63,076 bases of DNA, taken from Gnetum montanum (Eukaryota > Plantae > Gnetophyta). The stretch spans positions 176,460 through 239,535 of the forward strand of contig MNCI01000673.1 in assembly GCA_015680685.1 (NCBI GenBank), written 5' to 3'. A program made the position numbers and the translations under genes. The notes beneath the pieces were generated by a model. It ran no database searches. It was given only the letters and a program-made list of their open reading frames with translations, and was not told where the DNA came from. Every line of letters starts with the position of its first letter. Position 1 is the first letter of the stretch. This document shows positions 52,764 to 63,076 of this stretch, in pieces.

Positions 52764-55700
52764 TTGGTGTCGTTGCCAAGGATGGTGCTAGTTATCTAGA
52801 TTAGTTATATTATACAAGATCACTGTAACAAAGTATTCACAATATATCTTTTAGAAAAGAAATTAATTTCAACTAAGTCACACATGATTCACAACAATGT
52901 CTCTCTCACAAGACTATGACAATGCACCAACTAGTAAGGCAATTCATTGGAGAACCAACGAATTATATGATGATGAAGATGAAGTTTGAAGTACTCAATC
53001 CTATGTAGGGGTCTCCTATGTACATAAATGAAGACAACATTATCCCAACTCACAAATTCATAACCTACCTAGTGGCGCGATGAATCCTTGCTGGCCACTA
53101 AGAGCCTAATGCATATACAAGAGGCTATTTGAATGTCCCACAGGCACTGTAAGGAAAATTGTCTACCTAGGCTTGATTTAAAAAACTTTCCAAAATTTTT
53201 AGGAGGCTATGATTTAGATTTGCAACATCATTTACAAGCCTTCCATGATGCCTGTGTATGAAACAATATTGATAATGGATGGCAAAAACTTAAGCTCTTT
53301 CCTCTTATACTCATTGGCCAAGAAAAAGTATGGTATAGGTCCTTAAGACTAAAATTAATTCAACATTGGCCAATAATGAGTGAACTCTTCAATGAAAGAT
53401 ATCAAACTTATGTAAGAGTCTCAGCCTTGAGGAGACAAATCCAAGAGTGGAAATAAGAGTAACATGAACCCTTGGACATGGCCTTAGAAAGATATTATGC
53501 ATTGTTAAACAATTGCCTAGGCCATGGATTCTCCAAGGAAAGGCTAATGTATTACATAATGGATGGGCTCCCTAACGAAACAAAGGAGATCCTAGGGATG
53601 TATGCCTGAGGTCAACTATATGAGCTACAAACCCACCAATTCCAAGAGCTTATTAAGCAAGTGGAAGAAAAAGAAGGAGAAATGTCTAAATGGGAGAATG
53701 TTGAAAGCTCTCAATAGGACCAAAATCTCGAATTAGCAAAGGTCCATGATCATGAAGAGGAGAAATCAACTCACCTCAAGGAGGTGGAATCATCTTTGCC
53801 AATACTACAATCACTAGAAAAAATTGAGGCAAAGATCAAGAAGATGATGGAATGAATACATGAAAAATGTAAAGAATATGCCAACACTATTAGAGGTAGA
53901 ACCATGATGAACCAAGAAGCAGGACAGAACACCCTTAAACAATCGAAAAGAAGGGTCGAAGAGAATAAGAACTCAACTACTAATCATACATATCAATGTA
54001 ACATTTTCTTGTATGATCACCCCAAAGGTTAATGCCCCATCTTTTCACATTTACATGAGCATTGGAAAGGAATTTTACATCTAGATTTGGTATAGAAATA
54101 CCAGGTTCAACCACAGTGGCAAAAACCCAAGACGTCGAGGAGGCCATTGTCAAACTGGTCACATCGTTCCTACCATCCGAACCTAAGCACTTATTATGTT
54201 CAGCAACCTATTTTTCTGACTGGATTAACATCCTATATCTCACCACATTGTTATCATTCTCCTAAGTACTATCAACCCATGTTTTCTCCCATAAGATCAC
54301 CACCTCATGTTCCTTACACTTCTTCTCACCCCCAATATTCTCACCCTTCACCTTCTTCTACATTGCCACAGGTTGTGCCAGAACGTTTTGCACCATAGCA
54401 TCAACCCATAAACGTTACTTGTGCTACTACTATCAACCATAGTGGGAATCCTCCACAGCATCGAAGGCATCCCTTCTTTAAACATGACCATAGAAAGGGA
54501 TAGCACAATTCTAAGTCCATTGCATCCTCCCACTCAGTACAAGTTCAACACTGTGGTGCATCTTTCTCCTCAAGCCCAATGCCTCATGTTACCTTATCAG
54601 GGCCATCAATTAATGCTCCAAAAACTATGCAATGCAATGAATATAGCCACCTAGGAGGACATATTGATCCTTGCATACCATCTTACGGTCATGGGTGCCA
54701 TAGTGGGTCAACTCCTTATCAATTAACCACATCTTATAACTTGCCCTACTATGTCAACTTTAATCAAGTGTGTGAACCCCAATTTGGGTACATTCCAACC
54801 ACCACATCCAAAGACACCCAATGGTTTGGATATGACCAAGTCCCAATATTTCCAAAATGCATGGATCCAAACCTTCCATTTATTAATTCTTGCCATGATC
54901 AAAAGTTTAGTTATGGGGGATATCCTCCATTCTAACAAGCAGAATTAAAAAATGTTTTTCCTTTTCTTGAATTTTAAAATTTTTTGTTTTTCAGTTTTTT
55001 ATCTTTTAATTTGTTATTTTGTCTTTTTGTCTTTTTATGGGTAATCTCATCTATGAATAAAACACTCATGTGACTCACTGGTTGAGGTGTTGTTCTATGC
55101 TATGAAGTCTCAGGTGACTAATTATTTGGATAGTGAGCCCACACCATCCATCCACCTGTTCTATTAATAAGAGGTTCTACTTTGGGTACGATGATATTCT
55201 TATCATCATGAAAACTTAAAAGTAATTTTGTGCTCATTATGCCCAAAGTGAAGAATGATGGACTAAGAAGGAATGACTAGGATGTGACATCAAGGGGACT
55301 TGTGGATTCTTTTTGGTGACATCTATAGGTGTTTTCATGTAGCTTGGTTGTACTAAGATCCTAGTAGATCTAGCACAAAATGGGAGTAAGAGTAATGAAG
55401 GCACTCAATAAAGAAACTCAATGTTGTTCTGGGGGTTCCATTGAAAAGACATGCATCCATGCTTGAAGGTTGGTGGCTTCTTTGGTTCACTGTTGGAAAG
55501 GAAAAATTGTGAAAGTGGCTAGAAAAAAAAAAGATGAATCACATAAGAAAACATCAAAAGAAAAAAATTATGTGTGTGTGATGCATATTCCAAATCACTC
55601 CTCCCTTGGAGAAAATTCCAAGTGATCGTATGCCTTGCTGTCGTGGTGCTCTTATGGTTTCCCATCATTGGATGAAATAATGCGATGTCACTAATAAAAG

Positions 55701-56961
55701 GAATGGACTTCATCTTGATTTTGGAGCAATGGGCTAATGACACATTAATCACGTCCTACACTCAAGATTCATTGTGCCTAGAGTTAGTTACCCCATGTCC
55801 CAATCTTTATAATTCCTTCTACAATTTGCCTCATCTCACTATTCATGTATTTGTGACTTGTGTCTTGTGTAACATTAAATTCATACCTCATCATGGTGGT
55901 ATTTAACATGTGTGTGTTTTTTTGCATTAGTGTAGATTACATGTAACCCTTCTAGTGCCTACTGACATTTTAAGGTATGGTTACGCAAGAGCATTATAGG
56001 TTGGAACTTACTTTGGGGAGGACCCACTTGAGGTGACTTTTGTAATTTGTACTTATTTCACACCACCACATCATTTTATACTGTCTGAGTACTTCACTTC
56101 CAAATCTATTCTTTCCTTTGTCATCATTTTATCAAATGTTCCTCAAAACCATTACATGTCCTTTTATGTGTCACCTAAACAAATTAGATTTGACATTAAA
56201 ATTTTAGGGCAACTTCCTTGAAAAATTTTTTAACTCTAAAATCACATTAAGCAAAGAATTCAACATTTATTAAAGGCAATGAGTAAGGTATGAAATAATT
56301 GAACTTCTTTCAATAACCTTACTAACAATTAATCTTTGTGTGATTATAGATGGCCCCTAAAAGAGGACAAAAAGGAGGACCTTCTCGAGGTGCAACTGAA
56401 TGCCTAGGGGAGGCAGAGACCAAGGACCTCATGCAGAACATGTAGAGTAGGAGGCACAATCATTCAACATCCATTAGGAAACTCCTGTCACTGCACAATA
56501 TGGCCAAGAAAAAGGTGGAGAGGTCAGGGCCCGAGCCTATGAAGAGGAACGATGGCTATTTGCAGCATGGCATGTCAAGGCCAATCAAGTGTTCCTAAAT
56601 TTGCTGTGTCCATTGAAAGTGTTGACTCCATCAAACATTGGAACATCAACATGGACAACTTAGAATCCTTAGATAGAAGAGGAGAAACAGTAGGTGCTTC
56701 TTCAATGGTATCAATCTCAGAAGCCTAGAGTGTAGAACAAAGGAAAAGCACCCATGGAGGAGCCACCACCATTGGGAACCTCATGAGTTCCATAAGTTTT
56801 GTCTTTTGTGTCTATGTCCAAATTTTTTTAATCCCACATTGTGGCCTGAAATAGTCCATAGTCATTCAATAATCTCATACCTATCCCCTGTTTGTAATTG
56901 AATGAACTTATTCCTTACTTTCTTTAACTTGAGGACAAGTTGTTATTCAGTCGTGGGGGTA

Positions 56962-57891
56962 TGTTGAATCATGGTTTGTCAGGTGCTGATATTAGATCCT
57001 TGACATCAGACCCTTGATAACCAGATGCTAATATCAGACCCTTGACATCAGACCCTTGATATTGGACCCTCAATATCAGGTACATGATATCGCATCCTAG
57101 ATAATGATATCAGATACACAATATTGTGATTCTTGTGCAAGCCTATAAATACACATTTGGGTGCATAGGAAAAGGGGAGTCAGTTAGTGTTAGAGTAGAG
57201 TCTTTTTTGTCAATTTCAATTCATTTCAATCCTTTCCCTAGTGCATGCCCACAGTGTGATAATTGTAATTGTATGGAACCTTTATTCGAGTGTGACATAC
57301 TTGGACATGCACATGACTGGTAATAAAGATCGAGGTTACTCCATCATTGCAGCATTCACTTAGTTTTAATTATTTAATCATTATTTTTATTTATTATTTT
57401 CTTACTTAATATGTCTTTACCATCATTTACTATTCCTATTGTTAATTGTGGAATGAGTGTGACTTAATCATGAATATTTAAGTGTAACTACTTGGTAACC
57501 CAGTAGCATATCTAGGAGTGCTCAGGTAATATATGCTCGGTAATCCCAGAAGTAGTACATGAGGTCCAAGATGTGCATGGATGATTAAGGGATGGATGGT
57601 CATCACACCTAGGCTAGTTTAGGTTTTTCTTCTCATTGCCTATTAGCTTAAAACAAGATTATTTTCCATTGTTTCTAGGAGTAGCACTAGTTTAGGATCA
57701 CATCATACACCTCACTTTGGACTAAACCATATGTGATAAAGCAAATACTAGTCCAGGCGGGAAGATAGTAAACTGTGATCAATGTGTAGCTATCTAGATA
57801 TCACAACTAGTCCATCTATGGAGTTTAGCCGGATTGTGCGTACATGCTCATATTCATATGGTTTAGTGTAGGGATACCTTTCCACTCATCA
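56962..57891 (+). repeat. 3' LTR of Athila-like copy B
   Basis: Preceded by a gtgggggta PPT and followed by the TSD. Confidence 0.92.
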
Positions 57892-57896
57892 ACATT

Positions 57897-58995
57897 CCTC
57901 AATGCCAACCCTTGAAGATGATATTTTTTTTGAAGATGAATACTTGGAGAAGGAGAAGCTCAAGATGATGCTTTTCTTCATGCTCCTAGTGCTAAAAATA
58001 AGTCTCAAGGTTTTAATTTTCCTAGGAAAGAGAAAAAGGAACTTCCTTCTAAGCCTCAAAGGAAGCAATCTGAAGGAATTAAAGTCACTCTTGTAAAATA
58101 GTTTAGACATGCTTCAAGAATACCTCATGTTGAACTCAAATCCTTCAATGGCATGGAAGGAATTGAAGCTTTTCTCTCTTGGCTAAAAATGATTAACAAG
58201 TACTTTGAGCTTGTAGATGTGGAAAATGATCAAAAGGTGTCTTTTGCCGAAACCAAATTGGAAGGGATAGCACTTGTATGATGGAAAAAGAAAAGTCATT
58301 GTTATAAGGTGAACAATGGTACTCCTATCAAGGATTACTCTTTAATGTAGTTTATGCTCAAGGAAAAATTTGAGAAGACTCATCATATACAAGAGGCCAT
58401 CCAAAAATTGAAGTACCTAAGACAAGGTGATAAGAGTGTGAAGGACTACTACATGGATTTTTGTAAGTCTTTTCAGCTTGCAAAAGTTCATTGGGATGAT
58501 TATGAACAAGCATCTAACTTTCAAGGAGGACTGAAAAGGGAGTATCAACAAGAGCTAACCTTCTATGAGCCCGAAGCATTGGATGAGGCTTTTGAATTGG
58601 CTCTTAAGGCTAAAAAGAAACTTCAAGGCTACACTAGAGGTCCTAAATCTTCTAAGGGTAAGAAATCCAAAGGTTTTGAAGATGATAAAGAAGCAAAGGA
58701 GAATGGAAATCGTAAAGAAGACATCAAGGAGAAGCAAGAGAAGCCCAATGAGGGCCAAGATTCCAAGAAGGACTACTTCAAGAAAGGGAAAGGTCAAAGA
58801 AATATTTATGCATCCAACCTTCAGTGCTTCAATTGTCATGAAAAGGAACAAAAAAAATGGGAGTATAATAAGCCAAAGGTTTCCAAGAGAAAGGAACTCC
58901 AAATCTTTGAAAAGGAAGAATCCTCCAATGAAGGTAGACCTCTTGTGATTAAATATGCAACAGAAATTAATTCTTGCATTTTTATGGAAAATTAA
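57897..58995 (+). pseudogene. Gag of the CRM-like element (3' part), disrupted
   Basis: IPHVELKSFNGMEGIEAFLSWL..KLEGIALV*W and a Retrotrans_gag-like LRQGDKSVKDYYMDF. Confidence 0.8.
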
Positions 58996-60650
58996 ATTTT
59001 AATAAAGGAAATAAGGAAGAAGAAAGATCTAATGAAGTAGTGATCAATGAGAAAATGAGTTCTCAAGTATCTCTTATTGAGTAAAGGAGTGTTCAATGCT
59101 TCAAGGTTTTAAGGAAGGAAATCAAGAGGTTCATCAAAGGGACTAAAAGATCTTCAAAGTCCAAGATGGTGCATGTTGCTAATCAAGGAGAGTTCCTACC
59201 TCATGAGTCATGGGAGGTAAAGGATCCAAGCCAAAAGAGTGACAATGATTATGGGACTTATCAGAGAAGGGTTAAGAGCATTACTAGAATGTATGATTCT
59301 CATACTTTTTGTAGTTGTTCTATATCTTATGGTAAGGGAAAGGGGATTCTAAGCCAAGTTGAGGCTATCTCATTGGAGATAGGTGAATCTTCTAGCCAAG
59401 TTATGTGGAAGAATGATTTCTTTGATGATGTATTCGATGAAAATGATGTTAAAGTCATGGAGGAAAGTTTACCTTTTAGGTTGGCAACTTCAAAATGGGA
59501 TGAAGATCTTATTGATGATTCCTTTGAAGAGGAGAAGCCATCGGAATTGGAAAGTCTTATTTGGAATGCTAAAACTTCAAGCTTTGAAGAGATTGGACAA
59601 CCACATGTTGAAGATCAAGTTAAATCAAAGATGGATGGGAGAAGCCATGAAGAGGTAACTGAGTCTAAGCTTTACCTTGTTGATGATAGTAATGTCTCTT
59701 ATGTTGTAGCTAGTGTGATGGATACTAGTTTTTCACTTTAGCTAGGTAATGGTTTATTTAATTGTGATGATGTGCATCATGATCATTGTAGTGATTATGA
59801 TAATGTTGTGAGTCTTGTTTTGTTTGATATAAACAATGTGATTTTTGATGCCATTATTGGTGAGAGAAAAGCTAATGATGATAATGAATTTGATTTTTTA
59901 TGGGATAACGATGGATATAGTGGTAGCCATAGTAGAAAGGTCATTATTGATGTTGGTGAAGAAATTGATAATGATATGATTTATTAGAAATTGGAGATGT
60001 TTTTTGTGCATTATGAAAAGGATGAATTTNTTAGAAATTGGAGATGTTTTTTGTGCATTATGAAAAGGATGAATTTGTCAAAGGTGTTGTTGACCTTGAT
60101 TGTCTTGGTTATGAAATGGATGAGCAACATGAAGACAATCTACATTGTGATACTAATGGTGAAGGGAAGCTAAGTGGTAGTCTTTCAAACACTAAGAAGA
60201 AGGTGAAGAAGAGGAAAAAGGATGGAAGAATGGAAATTGATTTGAGGAGACCTAATACTTTTGAATTTTCTTAATCTTCTATTGTTGTAAGTTCTGAAAG
60301 AAACACATGGGATTTGGTTCTCTCAAAATGGAAGCATGGTAAAGCATTTGAGGGCAAATAACATATCCACTCTTCTTTCATGAATGTCTCCATTATGATG
60401 TAAGCATAAAATTATGCTAGTGTGCTTGTGTATGTGTTTATGTGTCATGCATACATTGTGTTATGTGTTTATATGTGTTTCTAAAATAAGTTTTGAATGT
60501 TAGAGATAAAATGTTATGAGCTCTAACCATTCCATGTGTGTTTTGATTTGGTTTGTGTGTGAATTATGGCCTATGTGAGGGGGAAATAGCTATCCCAAGT
60601 GCAAAGGCATCTTGTTTGGGAGTCAAGAGTCTTTTGAAGAAGGAGGTTGT

Positions 60651-60976
60651 TAATGTGGACATCAAATAGGTCAAAGTAACATCTCTCCATTGATGGGATC
60701 TTTCTTTGGAGTTTTTGCATGGTTGGAAGTGTTTTGGGGGCTATGGGTACTTATTGGAAGATGTTTGGAGGTTCCAGGCCTCAAAACAAGCATCTTTAAC
60801 TTTGACCTTAGTAGGAAAGACGTCTTTACTGAGAGTTAGATGTCGTCACTACATATTAGATGTCTTCTGCACCTCAAAGACATCTTCTCTGATAACTCTT
60901 GCACTTGGGAGAGATGTCTCATGTTCTTCAAAGACATCTTCTTTGATAACTTTTGCACTTAGGAGAGACATCTTTG
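60651..60976 (+). repeat. Truncated 3' LTR of the CRM-like element
   Basis: taatgtggacatcaaataggtcaaagtaacatctctccattgatg matches 50502 onward. Confidence 0.8.
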
Positions 60977-61639
60977 TTGGCACATTTGGCCATTTCATGG
61001 AATAGTAAGACTCATCTTAAACATTATTGTAAGAGTGGAAAAATGTGAATGTGTTATTTCATATCATTGGTATGGAATCTAGGGGTGGCCCAAAATAACA
61101 TATTGGTGTGGAAAACAAAGAATACTAGGAACAATCATGTTAAATCAGTTGCTACACACAATAGTCCATAAAAATAAAAAATATATATATTTTTTTAAAA
61201 ATGATATACTACCGTAGCACCTTTTTAGTCTCTCAAAGAGGCGGTGATAAGGTTTGAAGGAATAGTTAGTTGAAAACAACAAAAATTTTTGATATGGAGA
61301 AACGTTGGTTTGTTAAGGTAGAGCTTCAAAGGATACAAAGGGTGAGAGTTAAGGAAATGGAGAAAGATACGAGTTGCAATCTCTGAAGAGGTGAAAACAT
61401 CGAAACTAGAGTACATAGAGATCATTTCGTAAATCAATAACGATGCAAGCTTGCATTCTGAATTTTCTCCATTGGAAATGCATTCTAACCCAAATTCTAG
61501 TTGCAACCCCAGTTTAGACACTTAAAACTATGGCAGGTTTTGGATTTGAAACAAAAAGTAGAGGAAGTAGAGAAAAAAAATGAAGTGATGCAGAATAGGC
61601 TCGTTAACAAGTGGAAAAAGCCATAAAATTTCTCTAGAA

Positions 61640-62390
61640 TGACAGTCCCGTGGTGTTGCACCTTCTCAACTCACTGGAAGAAACAGCACGAATTCTAGTC
61701 AGTGCAATGACCCAAACCCTCATCATAAAACTTTCCCGCAACAGGAGGAGCCCCTATGGTTGTTGCCACTCATCAGAGCTTCGCGGTGGTAGTTATTTAA
61801 TTCAAGCAATGACATCTTTAGTTTTAGGTTTCTATTTTGGATCTACACGTCTTCAACGCCATCATGGACATTGTCTGTGAGGCTTGCAAGGTGCGCACTG
61901 CATAGAGGATTTTCTAGCAGTTGCAGGGCTATTTCTCAACTTACCTTACCCTTGCCTATGACCGGTGTCTCAAAAAGGAGCCTTCCATGGCTCAGAATGT
62001 TTTCTGGGAAATAATCCGCCGTGAATCCAACCCACCACTGTGACTTACAATACTTTGGTGCAGGGATTCTCCAGCTGTGACCTCGCCAAATAGGCCTGGG
62101 CTTTTCCAAGGAATGCATTTCAAATTTGTTTTCAAGTGGTAATCACAAATGTCATTCACTCCTAGAACCTGCAATTCGAAACAGCAGCCATGCTCGACAC
62201 CGATGCATTCGATATCGCCAAACAGGCCTGGGCTTTCCCAAGGAACACATTTCAACTTTTTTTTCAAGTAGTAATCACAAATGTCATTCGCTCCTGGAAT
62301 CTGCAATCTGAAACAGCAGCCATGCCTGATGCCGATGCATTCAATATCGCCATACCAGTCCACTGAATGCGGCAACAAAGACACAAAGGC
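61640..62390 (+). pseudogene. Pentatricopeptide-repeat (PPR) pseudogene fragment
   Basis: PPR-like helices across frames: LDLHVFNAIMDIVCEACKVRTA*RIF*QL, IQPTTVTYNTLVQGFSSCDLAK*A and PDADAFNIAI, with stops and frameshifts. Confidence 0.7.
62083..62352. repeat. 132-bp tandem duplication within the PPR remnant
   Basis: cgcca recurs at 62084, 62216 and 62348 with colinear intervening sequence. Confidence 0.9.
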
Positions 62391-62629
62391 ACACTAAGAC
62401 AGGTGTCAAGAGATATTTTGGGCTAATGCCGGTAAATCAGAGTGGAAGTTTTATTTATCAAAAATAAAATTTTAAATGGTCTGGTGATTAATTCAGCAAT
62501 TCCACATACGCTAATAGTGTGAAGCCCTAGTTAAAAACTTACCTTTTAATTTAATTATTCCAAGTCTTTAAAACATTATTTTTTCAAACATTATTATATA
62601 AGTTACTACCCATAAAATATTTGTAATAT

Positions 62630-63076
62630 TAATGTTAAAATATTTGTAATACTATATTTGTAATATTTACAAATATTAGTGTTAGCATAAATTCCTCCTA
62701 ACTTTATGTACAACTTTCTAACTACATAACTTCCCAATTAATTTGGTGAGAAATATCTTCTAACTAGTTGGGCAAGTTGTAACTTCCTTGGGAGAGAAGT
62801 TAGCTAAGATATTTAAAAGTATGTAATCGCCTTTGAACCCTATAAAAGAGAAGACATTGGGGTATCAAAAAAGGGGGGAAGGGGAACAATACAACACACT
62901 TTGGAAGACTTGGGATCACACTTGGGCTCTCACTTGGAGACACACTTTGAGTATTGGGAGAAGAGCATTGTAAAGAAGAAATTGTGAAAGATTGCTTATA
63001 AGATGACTGGCTAAAGAAAAGATTTTAGCTTCTTTGTCATAGTCCTGTGAGTTATGTTTTATTTTTATTTTGTTTA
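62630..63076 (+). mobile_element. Possible LTR running off the window end
   Basis: LTR-like layout: cctataaaagag TATA, purine-rich R-like region and short cacacttgg repeats. No partner in the window. Confidence 0.3.

Larger units (their letters stand above)
51834..57891 (+). mobile_element. Non-autonomous Athila-like element, copy B (deletion derivative of the copy A family)
   Basis: TSD ACATT at 51829-51833 and 57892-57896. 930-bp LTRs at 51834-52763 and 56962-57891. PBS tggtgtcgttgccaagga at 52765. Gag remnant 52897-54935. ORF2 from 56350, internally deleted. Confidence 0.93.
50502..60976 (+). mobile_element. Non-autonomous gag-only Ty3/Gypsy (CRM-like) element, interrupted by Athila-like copy B; 3' LTR truncated
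   Basis: 5' LTR 50502-51286 and PBS tggtaccagag at 51290. Gag starts at 51647 and resumes after 57896 (LKYLRQGDKSVKDYYMDF, FQGGLKREYQ, decayed knuckle QCFNCHEKEQKKWEY). PPT cttttgaagaaggagg, then a second LTR from 60651. No pol motifs. Confidence 0.85.

Noticed and set aside
59983-60078. Perfect 47-bp tandem duplication
   Set aside because: Flanks a single N (60030), so it is likely an assembly artefact.
61992-62384. 130-aa Cys-rich minus-strand repeat protein
   Set aside because: Non-ATG start, and better explained as the antisense of a duplicated PPR remnant.

Overview
AT-rich plant nuclear DNA, probably from a non-flowering vascular plant (inferred from the element types and sequence divergence). 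It contains one intact gene: a large multi-exon EMBRYONIC FLOWER1 (EMF1)-like chromatin repressor on the + strand (CDS join 6134-6174, 6504-9570, 11549-13591, about 1716 aa). The gene sits in a CpG-rich island with telo-boxes and a putative uORF-rich leader. The remainder is mostly decayed, CpG-depleted retroelements: an L1 LINE, an RTE-like LINE, tRNA-derived SINEs, a Tork-like Copia with both LTRs and TSD (29157-34143), an Ale-like Copia, and a gag-only CRM-like Gypsy. Two copies of a pol-less Athila-like family are nested in the last two (38226-47493 and 51834-57891, both with perfect 5-bp TSDs). A PPR pseudogene lies near the right end. The most notable observations are: (i) the Athila-like family has a second spliced gene (ORF2) behind an internal TATA promoter that re-uses the CpG-retaining GATATC motif array of its LTR; (ii) the EMF1-like protein appears to combine EMF1, HAPLESS8-like and EAR motifs and has an in-frame 84-nt intron; (iii) there is a possible decayed minimal hammerhead ribozyme at 16256-16294. 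Family assignments rest on motifs recalled from memory, not on database searches.
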